Below are positions 43,151 through 51,804 of a stretch of DNA of 64,000 nucleotides, one piece after another. Made by a program: the position numbers and the translations under genes. A model generated the notes under the pieces. It saw nothing but the letters and a program-made list of their open reading frames with translations, searched no databases and was not told the DNA's origin. Source of the stretch: Gammaproteobacteria bacterium (GTDB lineage Bacteria; Pseudomonadota; Gammaproteobacteria; Steroidobacterales; JACDCP01); contig DATLFD010000100.1 of NCBI GenBank assembly GCA_035524935.1, forward strand, positions 57,152 through 121,151, given 5' to 3'. Positions within the stretch are counted from its first letter, which is position 1; each line of letters starts with the position of its first letter.

Positions 43151-45616
43151 GTGAAGCTGCAGCGCCTTCAGCTCAAGCACGTGCTGCTGGCGCTCGGGCT
43201 CACCCTCGGCACGTCGGCGATCCTGTCGGTGGTGCTGCTCACGGATTTCCGCGCGTCGCGCAGCGAGATTCGAAACGTCGTGGTCGAAAACAACCGGGCG
43301 GCGCTGCGCGACGCCCTCGAGGCACGCGGCCAGCTCATCGCCCTGGATGCCGCCGACCGATTCGCCGCGCCGCTCGCCGCCGAGGACGTAGCCTCCATCT
43401 TCGCCATCGCCGATCTCACGCTCGCGCGCGAGGGCGTCGACCGTCTCGTGGTAACCGGACGCAACGGCGCGCTGATTTTCGATTCGGCGGGGGATCCGCT
43501 GGTCGAGCTGCCCCTCGATCCCGTTCTCGAGGGACCGCTGTGGACCGCCGATGCGCTGCGCGTCAGCGCGCCCGTTCGGGACGGCGGCGACACCGAGCTC
43601 GGACGAGTGCACGTGACGATGTCGCTCGACGGCTTGCATGATGCGATCGGTGACGTGAACCGGGCGGTCGGCTCCATCGACCGCCGTCAGCTGCAGCGCA
43701 GCCTCGTGCTTCTCGCCATCACCACGGGCATCCTGATGATCGTCGGCATGCTGTTCGCGCGCCACGGCGCGCAGCGCATCGTGGTGCCCCTGCGCGAGCT
43801 CACGCGGCGCGCGGCGCTGCTGAGCCAGGCGCCTGCGGAGGAGCGCCTGCGCATGCGCCGCAAGGACGAGCTCAGCGAGCTGGCACAGGCACTGGACGGC
43901 ATCATCCGCGAGCTCAAGAAGACGAGCAGTTCCCGCGACTACCTCGACAAGTTGCTCGCGAGCATGAACGACGCAGTCATCGTCATCTCGCCGGACGGCA
44001 TCATCAAGCGCGTGAACCAGAGCACCACGACCATGCTCGGCTACAGCGAAGTGGACCTGCTCGGCAAGCCGTTCCAGTCACTGCTCGCCGGCGACCGCCA
44101 GCTCGATCTCTCCGCAAGCCAGATGTCCGTCGACGTGCTGGAGTCCACTTTCGTCACGCGCGCGGGGCGCTCCATACCCATATCGATCTCGAGCTCGCCG
44201 ATCAGCACCGACGAGCCGCAGTTCGAGGGAAAGATTCTCGTCGCACGCGACATCACGGAACGCAAGAAGGCGGAGAAACGCATCCGCTTCCTGGCCCACT
44301 ACGATCCGCTCACCAAAGTGCCGAACCGCATGCAGTTCCAGCATCTTCTGCAGCAGGCCATCGCCCGGGCACGGCGTCAGCGGCAGGCGGTGGCGCTGCT
44401 CTATATCGACCTCGACCGCTTCAAGGACATCAATGACACCTTCGGGCATCTGGCGGGCGATACGGCCCTGGAAACCGCCACGGCCCGGCTCGTCGCGGCA
44501 GTGCCGAAGAGCGCGGTGGTCGGGCGCCTGGCGGGTGACGAATTCGCGGTCATCCTCGACCGGCTGAGCACCGCACGCAGCGACGAGGTCACACAGACGG
44601 CGCGCAACCTGCTGCGCTCGCTCGGCCACCCGTTTCGCGTGCAGGACAGCGAGGTCTTCCTGACCGCCAGCATCGGCATCGCCACCTACCCGGCCGATGC
44701 CGACAACGTCATCGACATGATCCGCAACGCGGACGCCGCGATGTATCACGCCAAGCAGATCGGCGGCAACAATTTCGAGTGCTACACGCCGGAGATGAAT
44801 GCCAAGGCTGTCGATCGGCTCATGATGAAGAGCAAGCTGCGCCGCGCATTCGAGCGCAATGAGCTCGTGCTCCAGTATCAGCCCAAATACGACTTGAGCA
44901 ACGGCGTCGTCGTCGGCGCCGAGGCGCTGCTGCGCTGGGAGCTGCCCGGCCACGGCACGATCGGTCCGTCCGAGTTCATCCCGCTGGCCGAGGAAACCAA
45001 CATGATCCTCGATCTCGGCGAGTGGGTGCTCGACAGGGTGTGCGCGGACTACCGGATCTGGCAGAGCTCCATTCCCTCGCCCGGAAGGGTGGCGGTCAAT
45101 TTCTCGCTGAAGCAGTTGCGGCAGACCAACATTCAGAAAAGAATCGCAGCGATCCTGAACCGGCACGGGGTCGCGCCGCAGAGGCTCGAGCTGGAGATCA
45201 CGGAGACGACACTCATGCAGGACGCCGCGCGCACAGTCGGCATCCTGCGCGAACTGTTCGCGATGGGCCTGCACCTGTCGATCGACGACTTCGGCACCGG
45301 GTACTCGTCACTGAGCTCGTTGCAGCAGTTTCCCATCGGCACCCTGAAGATCGACCGGTCGTTCGTGTGCAACGCAGCCACCGATGCCGACGACGCGGCG
45401 ATCGTGTCGATGATCATCGACATGGGGCGCAGCCTGAACATGGAAGTCGTCGCCGAGGGAGTCGAGGATCAGCAGCAGCTCGAGTTTCTGCGCAAGCGCA
45501 AGTGCAACTACGCACAAGGCCATCTGTTCGGCGACCCGATGAGCGCCGAGGACTACCTGGAACTGCTGCTGAAGCAACAGCAGGGCACCGACCGCTATCT
45601 CGCGCTCTTCGCCTGA
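43151..45616 (+). CDS. membrane-anchored HAMP-PAS-GGDEF-EAL protein
   Basis: GTG start. GGDEF-type site RLAGDEF. EAL domain motifs (EALLRW, ELEITE, DDFGTGYSS). Confidence 0.9.
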   Translation: MKLQRLQLKHVLLALGLTLGTSAILSVVLLTDFRASRSEIRNVVVENNRAALRDALEARGQLIALDAADRFAAPLAAEDVASIFAIADLTLAREGVDRLVVTGRNGALIFDSAGDPLVELPLDPVLEGPLWTADALRVSAPVRDGGDTELGRVHVTMSLDGLHDAIGDVNRAVGSIDRRQLQRSLVLLAITTGILMIVGMLFARHGAQRIVVPLRELTRRAALLSQAPAEERLRMRRKDELSELAQALDGIIRELKKTSSSRDYLDKLLASMNDAVIVISPDGIIKRVNQSTTTMLGYSEVDLLGKPFQSLLAGDRQLDLSASQMSVDVLESTFVTRAGRSIPISISSSPISTDEPQFEGKILVARDITERKKAEKRIRFLAHYDPLTKVPNRMQFQHLLQQAIARARRQRQAVALLYIDLDRFKDINDTFGHLAGDTALETATARLVAAVPKSAVVGRLAGDEFAVILDRLSTARSDEVTQTARNLLRSLGHPFRVQDSEVFLTASIGIATYPADADNVIDMIRNADAAMYHAKQIGGNNFECYTPEMNAKAVDRLMMKSKLRRAFERNELVLQYQPKYDLSNGVVVGAEALLRWELPGHGTIGPSEFIPLAEETNMILDLGEWVLDRVCADYRIWQSSIPSPGRVAVNFSLKQLRQTNIQKRIAAILNRHGVAPQRLELEITETTLMQDAARTVGILRELFAMGLHLSIDDFGTGYSSLSSLQQFPIGTLKIDRSFVCNAATDADDAAIVSMIIDMGRSLNMEVVAEGVEDQQQLEFLRKRKCNYAQGHLFGDPMSAEDYLELLLKQQQGTDRYLALFA

Positions 45617-45631
45617 CCGCACCCGCCGCTG

Positions 45632-45796
45632 CTACCGCTTCGCGCGGCTGGCTCTGTGCGGCATCACGAGCGCGACCGGATCGCTGGCCGGGTAGGTCGA
45701 CGCCAGCGCTTCGTCCAGCTTCCGATCCAGGGCTTCCTCAAACGAATCCCGGGTCGGGCGCCCGGCGCTCGGCTTCATCGTCTGCTTCTCGGTCAT
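45632..45796 (-). CDS. small conserved hypothetical protein (54 aa, ...DEALASTYPASDP... motif)
   Basis: Internal ATG at 45796 preceded by GAGG. The motif resembles a widespread small-protein family (from memory). It is in frame with the upstream AttH-like remnant. Confidence 0.45.
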   Translation of the reverse strand: MTEKQTMKPSAGRPTRDSFEEALDRKLDEALASTYPASDPVALVMPHRASRAKR

Positions 45797-46495
45797 GATC
45801 GTGCCTCGCAGCTGCACTGTACGCCGTGCTCGAGCTGCGGGAAAGGACGGCGGCCGGGAGCCTGGATCGCAACGGATTTGGTCGTTCCGGCGCGTCACCC
45901 CGGCGCGGTGCGGCCAGCCGTGTGCCCTACCGGCCGGCCACGTCCCCGCCGCGTACCCCGCAAGCTCGACGTAGCCCTCGCCGCGCACCGGTCCGCGGCT
46001 GCCGGCGCCGGCCACGGTCACCGCGCCTTCCCAGTAGCGCACGCTGAGCGCCATCTCCTGTGCCGCGAGTCGCGGTGTCACGTCGAGAGCCAGTCCGTGA
46101 GCGGGCAGATCGAGCCGCCAGCCGGACGGGTAGGTGATACCGGTCGCGGGACTGGTCCAGAAGTCCGTTTCCCGGACGACGACGTCTCCAGCCTCGAGGG
46201 CTTTCCGACCGCCGTCGGCCGCCACCAGCGAGCCGGCGCTGAACGGATCGCTGACGCCGTTGCTGCGGCGCAGCCGGTAAAACATGAGCTCGGTGCCATT
46301 ATCGAGCTGCAGCGCGAACCAGTCCCAACCCTCGATCCCGGCGCCGAGCGCGCTCGTGCCCCATTCGCGATCCATCCACGCCTGGCCACCGACCGTGAAG
46401 GTTTTGCCGTCGAGCCGGAGTTGCCCGGCCGCCGGCAGGCGCGTGAACGAGTAGTACCAGGATGCGTTGCCGGCTTGCGGTCCCTTGCGAATCAC
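45797..46495 (-). pseudogene. N-terminally truncated AttH-like (CrtC/lipocalin) gene lacking its own stop codon
   Basis: Begins at a GTG overlapping the permease stop, with KGPQAGNASWYYSFTRL, which as I recall is a mid-protein motif in full-length homologs. The homologous region ends near GYVELAGYA. The frame then runs on into the small ORF. Confidence 0.5.
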
Positions 46496-48999
46496 TCCTC
46501 TCGAAGGTATCGCGCCGGCGCGCCTCGTGCCAGCGAATACGCCGGGCGCAGCCCGGCCAGAAGCGCCGATGCGAGAGCCAGCGCCGCCCCCTGCCAGAGA
46601 GCGGCCGGCGCAAGCTCGAACCCCATGCTCCAGCCGAACGCACGCTCATTGATGACCCGCACCAGGATCCATGCCAGCACAACGCCGAGCGGCAACGCAA
46701 CCGCGGCGGCCGACAACCCGAGCAGCGTAGTCTGGGCAAGCACATGGTTTCGCACCTGCGCCGGTGTGAAACCGACGGCCCTGAGGATGGCGATCTCGCG
46801 CCGGCGTTCGAGCGCCAGCGCCTGCAGTGCGCTGTAAATGCCGAGCAGCGCGACGAAGCCGGCCAGGAACCGCAAAACTTCCGTCACCGTGAACGTGCGC
46901 TCGAAAATTTCCAACGACGCGGCACGGATCTCGCGACTGGACGCGAGTTGCAGACCCGCCCGTCCCGACATTGAGCTCGCAAGCTCCCTGCGCACCGCTT
47001 CTGCATCGACCCCGCGCTGCAGGTAGACGCCAAGTCCGGACAAAGCGTGGTCAGCGAACTGCGCGCGATAGGCATCCAGCGCGAGCGCGACGACGCCGTG
47101 CTCGGTCGTGTAGTCGACGAACACGCCGGCCACGGGCCATGCTCCGCCGGGCGCCGGAACCTCATCGCCGATCGCGATGCCCCGGCGGCGGGCCAGCGGC
47201 TCGGATATGAGCGCTGCTTTGCCCGCTGCGAAGCGCGCCCAGGCCGAAGCGGGATCGCCGGCAACGAAACGCGGCCGCCAGTCTGACGGGCCCGGATCGA
47301 TGGCCCATATTCGCAGCTCGCCATCGGCGACCGGCACACGTGCGCGGCGCGTCCGGCTCAAGCCCCTCACGCCCGGCACGTCGGCAAGTCGGGTTACCAG
47401 CTCGTCGTCGAGCGCGGTTTCGTGCGCCGCTTCGGCGCTCACGTAAAAATCCGCGCGCAAGGTCGTCTCGAGCCACTCGGCCACGCTGCTGCGAAAGCTC
47501 GCGATCATGATGCCGATGCCGATCACGGTCGCCACCGCCACCGCCAGCGCGGAGACGGCGACGCCGGTGCGGCTCAGGCCTGCGACCACGCTGCGCGCCG
47601 CCAGGCTGCCCGCGACGCCGAGCAACCGGCCGACTGCCTTGCCTGCGACGGCCATCATCGCGACTGTGGCGACCGGCGTGGCAAGAGCCGCGGCGATGAT
47701 TACGCAGAAAAGGCCGAAGAAGCCGAGGGCGAGCGAGTCTCCGGACAGAAAAAACGCGAACGCGGCGACGAGCGTGCTGCCGGTAGCGAGCAATACCATG
47801 CGCAATTGTCGCTTGCGCGCATGCACTTCCATGGAAGCGCGGCTCAGCACGGCGCGCGGCGGGCTTGCGGCCGCCTCCCGTGCCGGACCGTATGCCCCGA
47901 GCAGCGACACGGCGAGTCCCGGCACGAGCCCTTTGGACAGGCTCGCGGCGTTGATCCACAGCGGAGCGCCGCTCACGTCGTAATAGAGGTCCGCGATAGT
48001 GCGCGTGACGAGCGCAACCAGCCCGCTGCCCAGCAGCACGCCGAGCATAAGCCCCAGAATCGTGCCGAGCGCTCCGATCACGGCAGCTTCCGCGAACACC
48101 ACGCGAAACAGTTGCGCCCGGCTCACGCCCAGTACGCGCAGCAGGCCGAGCAGCCGGCGGCGGCGCACGACCAGAAACGCCATGGTGCTGTAGATCAGAA
48201 AGGCCCCGACCAGGAGTGCGAGCAGGGACAGCGCGGTCAGATTGGTGCGGAACGCGCGCGTCATTTCGACGAGCGCGCGATTGCGTGCAGCCGCGGGCAC
48301 CAGCTCCGCCGTGCCGAGGCCGCTCGCGGCCAGCGCTTCCGCCTGCCGCTCGTCCAGAATCAGATCGATACGGCTCAAGCTGCCCTCGACGCCAAGCAGC
48401 TCCTGTGCGGTCGCGATATCGGCGAGCACCAGGTCCTTGATGAAGGGCGCTCGCCCGCGATCGGGCGAGACGATGCCGATCACTTCGACCGGCATGCGGC
48501 GCCCGCCGATAGCCAGATCGACGGTTTCTCCGGCGGTGATCGACAGCCTGTCGGCCAGCGGGCTCGGCAGAACTACCGTGCCGGGCTCGGTGAAGAGGCG
48601 CGACAAGGGAAGGCGACCGGCTGCGCCCGGCGCCAGGAAGTCCCGGAACGATGCCTCCGCCAGCGGATCGAGACCCAGCAGGGTGACGGCCTCCCCCGGG
48701 AAATCCGCGAGTCCCACCCCCGCCTCCACGACCGGCGCGGCGCGCCGGATGCCGAGCCGCGTGCGCAGATGAACGTAGAGCGATTCGGGGACGAGGCCGG
48801 CCGTGGCAACGAGCTGGTGCGTCGCGCGGCCGGTGACGATCTCGGCGGAACGCAGGAACGCCCGCTCGGCGCTGGCATTGGCCAGATCGACACCGGTAAC
48901 GACCGCGACCCCGGCGGCGATTCCGGCGAGGGCGAGCGCGAGCTGCAAAGGATGGCGGAACAGAAAGCGCCGGCTCGAGCGAGCGACGAGGATGCTCAT
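46492..48999 (-). CDS. double-FtsX ABC transporter permease (YbbP-like, 835 aa)
   Basis: Two FtsX 4-TM modules, each with a large periplasmic loop. Start overlaps the ATPase stop. Confidence 0.85.
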   Translation of the reverse strand: MSILVARSSRRFLFRHPLQLALALAGIAAGVAVVTGVDLANASAERAFLRSAEIVTGRATHQLVATAGLVPESLYVHLRTRLGIRRAAPVVEAGVGLADFPGEAVTLLGLDPLAEASFRDFLAPGAAGRLPLSRLFTEPGTVVLPSPLADRLSITAGETVDLAIGGRRMPVEVIGIVSPDRGRAPFIKDLVLADIATAQELLGVEGSLSRIDLILDERQAEALAASGLGTAELVPAAARNRALVEMTRAFRTNLTALSLLALLVGAFLIYSTMAFLVVRRRRLLGLLRVLGVSRAQLFRVVFAEAAVIGALGTILGLMLGVLLGSGLVALVTRTIADLYYDVSGAPLWINAASLSKGLVPGLAVSLLGAYGPAREAAASPPRAVLSRASMEVHARKRQLRMVLLATGSTLVAAFAFFLSGDSLALGFFGLFCVIIAAALATPVATVAMMAVAGKAVGRLLGVAGSLAARSVVAGLSRTGVAVSALAVAVATVIGIGIMIASFRSSVAEWLETTLRADFYVSAEAAHETALDDELVTRLADVPGVRGLSRTRRARVPVADGELRIWAIDPGPSDWRPRFVAGDPASAWARFAAGKAALISEPLARRRGIAIGDEVPAPGGAWPVAGVFVDYTTEHGVVALALDAYRAQFADHALSGLGVYLQRGVDAEAVRRELASSMSGRAGLQLASSREIRAASLEIFERTFTVTEVLRFLAGFVALLGIYSALQALALERRREIAILRAVGFTPAQVRNHVLAQTTLLGLSAAAVALPLGVVLAWILVRVINERAFGWSMGFELAPAALWQGAALALASALLAGLRPAYSLARGAPARYLREE

Positions 49000-49733
49000 C
49001 GCGGATATTCCAGCAAGCGGCCGCTGCCGATGCTGAATACCCGGTCGCAGCGCGCGGCAGCCTCGTTGCTATGCGTGGCGATCAGCAGCGTGCTGCCGTA
49101 TTGGCGGCCGAGCGTTTCCAACAATTCGAGCAGTTGCGCCGCGGTTTCGGCATCCAGGTTTCCGGTCGGTTCGTCGGCCAGGATCAGGGCCGGTTGATGA
49201 ATGAGCGCGCGCGCCACGGCCAGGCGTTGCTGCTCGCCGCCGGAGAGCGTCTCGGGAAAGCTGGCCGAGCGGTCGCCGAGGCCGACCGTTTCGAGCCATT
49301 GCGCCGCCCGGTCGCAGGCGTCACCGGGTTCGACCCCGTTGAGCTCCAGCGGCAGGCGCAGATTCTCGCCGACGGTCAGCGTCGGTATGAGATTGAAGAA
49401 CTGAAAGACGAAACCGATACGTTGCCGCCTGAGCAGCGCACGGGCGGTTTCGTCGAGGCGAGCCAGGCTTGCGCCCGCAATGAGGATTTCTCCTGTGGTG
49501 GGCTCATCGAGCGCGCCGATGAGGTTGAGCAGCGTCGATTTGCCGGAACCGCTCCGCCCGACGACCGCGACGATCTCGCCCGCGCCGACGGTCATATCGA
49601 GATCGGCGAGGACGACCTGGCTTCGACCCGAGTCCTCGTAGCATTTTGTGACGCGGCGCAGCTCGACCGCCGGCGGAGCGGATGGCACGTCGCTCAGATC
49701 GGCGGCGGAGACTTCAGGGCAGCGATCCGCCAC
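48996..49733 (-). CDS. ABC transporter ATP-binding protein (YbbA/LolD-like)
   Basis: Walker [10 protein letters not shown], signature LSGGEQQR, Walker [16 protein letters not shown] start at 49733. Confidence 0.9.
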   Translation of the reverse strand: MADRCPEVSAADLSDVPSAPPAVELRRVTKCYEDSGRSQVVLADLDMTVGAGEIVAVVGRSGSGKSTLLNLIGALDEPTTGEILIAGASLARLDETARALLRRQRIGFVFQFFNLIPTLTVGENLRLPLELNGVEPGDACDRAAQWLETVGLGDRSASFPETLSGGEQQRLAVARALIHQPALILADEPTGNLDAETAAQLLELLETLGRQYGSTLLIATHSNEAAARCDRVFSIGSGRLLEYPR

Positions 49734-49761
49734 TCAGGTCGCGAATCGCGCCGGGTCGCCA

Positions 49762-49989
49762 TCAACCGCGCTCGAGGTCCTCGAACTGGCGCCTGAGATC
49801 GAAATTACGATCGGTGACGATTCTCTCCAGCACCCGGATCCGGTGCTCGAGATCGTCGAGGCGGCCGAGCTGCGCATCCAGCTCCGGCGAAGCCTTGCCG
49901 GCGGCCGCCCTCTGCCGGTCGCGGTGCTTGATCAGGCCGGCGACCGTGATGATGGCGACGAGGATGAGAACGAATTCGAACGGATTCAT
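49762..49989 (-). CDS. small TM protein with PspC-tail / PspB-like coiled coil (75 aa)
   Basis: N-terminal TM FVLILVAIITVAGLI. LDDLEHRIRVLERIVTDRNFDLRRQFEDLE aligns with FRDLEARMRRMERYVTSPRFRLDEEFRDLE of the upstream PspC. ATGA overlap with the upstream gene. Confidence 0.6.
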   Translation of the reverse strand: MNPFEFVLILVAIITVAGLIKHRDRQRAAAGKASPELDAQLGRLDDLEHRIRVLERIVTDRNFDLRRQFEDLERG

Positions 49990-50408
49990 GCGCGGCGGCC
50001 TCCATCAGGGCGGTCTTCGAGATCCCGGAATTCCTCGTCGAGCCTGAAGCGCGGCGAAGTGACGTAACGTTCCATCCGGCGCATGCGCGCCTCCAGGTCG
50101 CGAAATTTGTAGCGGACGTTGGACAGTGTGTCCTGCGGCGAGAAGCGCACCGATTGCGCGAATCGCTCGTCCCGCGGCGTGCGTGCCGGCTCCGCCGGCT
50201 TGCGCGGCAGGATAAAGCACAAGCCGAAGTAGATCAGGAGCACGCCGGGCATGAAGAATATCAAAGAGAGGGCGGCGATGACCCGCGTGATCGTCCGATC
50301 GAAGCCGAAGTAGTCGGCGATCCCGGCGCAGACGCCACAGATGACGCCGTTTTTCGGGTCTCGGTACATCCGCCTCGGTGTCAGCGAATCATCGTACTCG
50401 TTACGCAC
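49986..50408 (-). CDS. pspC: phage shock protein C (full-length type)
   Basis: The GTG at 50408 is preceded by GGGAGGAG. PspC domain GVCAGIADYFGFDRTITRVI plus a TM. C-terminal MERYVTSPRFRLDEEFRDL resembles the E. coli PspC tail. Confidence 0.8.
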   Translation of the reverse strand: MRNEYDDSLTPRRMYRDPKNGVICGVCAGIADYFGFDRTITRVIAALSLIFFMPGVLLIYFGLCFILPRKPAEPARTPRDERFAQSVRFSPQDTLSNVRYKFRDLEARMRRMERYVTSPRFRLDEEFRDLEDRPDGGRRA

Positions 50409-50700
50409 GCTCTCCTCCCTCCGGCCGACGGCTCTCGCGCCGCCAGAAGTTCGGCTCGTCAATCGTGCCGCGGTAGCGCAGCGGCCGGTCCTTCAACATC
50501 AGTCCGGCCATGACGTATACGACCGCCGTCGGCACCGTCCAGAAGAACAGCGAGGCGACCGCAACCGCACGCACCGCAAGCACCGGCCACTCGAAGTAAT
50601 CCGCCAGGCCGGCGCACACGCCCATGAGGATCCCGTTCTCCTGATCGCGATACAAGCGCTTCAGCAAGCCGCTGATTCGGCGCCACGTCTCAGAGCTCAT
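50401..50700 (-). CDS. PspC-domain protein lacking the C-terminal zipper (99 aa)
   Basis: Start MSSETWRR overlaps the pspB stop (ATGA). PspC domain GVCAGLADYFEWPVLAVRAV plus a TM. No YVTS-type tail. Confidence 0.7.
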   Translation of the reverse strand: MSSETWRRISGLLKRLYRDQENGILMGVCAGLADYFEWPVLAVRAVAVASLFFWTVPTAVVYVMAGLMLKDRPLRYRGTIDEPNFWRRESRRPEGGERA

Positions 50701-50915
50701 GTCTTCTTCCTCCAATCCGGGACCCGATCGTCGAGAATGGTTTCGAGCGTGTTGATGCGGCTCTCCATGCGCTGCGAGCTGTCCCATAAATCCTCGAGCA
50801 TTTTCTCGTCCTCGCTCGAAAACGAGCGCGTCGCTTTCCACTTCGTGATGTAGTGCAGAATCACGAGCAGCGGGAGGACGAGGCTGACGAAAATGATGCC
50901 AATCACTTCACCCAT
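50697..50915 (-). CDS. pspB: phage shock protein B
   Basis: 72 aa. N-terminal TM, then ...SSEDEKMLEDLWDSSQRMESRINTLETILD..., similar in layout and length to E. coli PspB. Confidence 0.8.
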   Translation of the reverse strand: MGEVIGIIFVSLVLPLLVILHYITKWKATRSFSSEDEKMLEDLWDSSQRMESRINTLETILDDRVPDWRKKT

Positions 50916-50939
50916 ATCGTTTACCGTCCGCCTGGAATT

Positions 50940-51617
50940 TTATTGTGACGCGGAAGTCTCTTTGGCAATCCTCGCCTTCAGCGCCGACAGCTCCTTCTCG
51001 ACGGACTCCTCGGACTCGAGGCTTGCAAACTGGTGCCGCAAGTCCTTCTTGAGGCCCAGGTCGTAAGCTTCCACACGCCCTTCCACGTCCTCCATCTTGC
51101 GCTCGAACTGCTCGAAGCGGACCAGCGCGTCCTCGATCTTGTAGTCGTGGATTTTCTTGCGCACCTCGAGCCTGTGATTCGCAGTTCGATGCCGTGCGAG
51201 CAATGCCTTCTGTCGCGTCTTGGCGTCGGTCAGCTTTTCTTCGAGCCGGGCAATATCGTCATTGAGCTTGTTCAAGCCCTCATCGATCGCTTCGTACTGG
51301 CTTCGCAGCGAGCTTCCGTGCTCCGTCACGCGCGATTTCTCGATGAGCGCGGACTTGGCCAGGTCATCCCGGCCTTTGCCGATCGCGAGCTCTGCCTTGC
51401 GCTGCCAGTCCTGCTCCTCGCGCTCGACGCTGCCGAGCCGCCGGTTGAGCTCTTTCTTGTCGGCGATGGCGCGCGCAGCGGTCGAGCGGACCTCGACGAG
51501 CGTGTCTTCCATCTCCTGGATCATCAGCCTGACCAGCTTCTCGGGGTCTTCGGCCTTGTCCAGAATCGAGTTGATGTTCGAATTCACGATGTCGCTGAAT
51601 CTGGTGAAAATGCCCAT
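50940..51617 (-). CDS. pspA: phage shock protein A
   Basis: Start MGIFTRFSDIVNSNINSILDKAEDPEKLVRLMIQEMEDTL, the canonical PspA/IM30 N-terminus. Coiled coil throughout. Confidence 0.9.
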   Translation of the reverse strand: MGIFTRFSDIVNSNINSILDKAEDPEKLVRLMIQEMEDTLVEVRSTAARAIADKKELNRRLGSVEREEQDWQRKAELAIGKGRDDLAKSALIEKSRVTEHGSSLRSQYEAIDEGLNKLNDDIARLEEKLTDAKTRQKALLARHRTANHRLEVRKKIHDYKIEDALVRFEQFERKMEDVEGRVEAYDLGLKKDLRHQFASLESEESVEKELSALKARIAKETSASQ

Positions 51618-51654
51618 GAGTGGATGAACCTCGTGTGAAACCTGATCCCCACTT

Positions 51655-51670
51655 AGCAGCTTCCGTGCCA
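51655..51670 (-). promoter_or_regulatory. sigma54 (-24/-12) promoter of pspA
   Basis: The minus strand reads TGGCAC-GGAAG-CTGCT. The -12 element lies about 40 nt upstream of the pspA ATG. pspF is encoded divergently. Confidence 0.7.
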
Positions 51671-51686
51671 GGTGGCGGCTGGACTC

Positions 51687-51798
51687 GTAAATTGTTGAAA
51701 TTAAAGGGGAAATCGACCAGATGCCGATCAAGCTTGGTTCGGTTGAGTTGGCCATTTAGGCTAACTTGTGGCTAATTCAACCGATATTTGGCTAGAAT
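51687..51798. promoter_or_regulatory. psp divergent control region: IHF-like AT-rich site, three GGCTA(A/G) repeats, pspF -10
   Basis: AAATTGTTGAAATTAAA (about 51689-51705). GGCTAA/GGCTAA/GGCTAG at about 51759, 51770 and 51790. TAGAAT at 51793-51798, only 6 nt before the pspF ATG. Confidence 0.35.
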
Positions 51799-51804
51799 GC
51801 GCAG

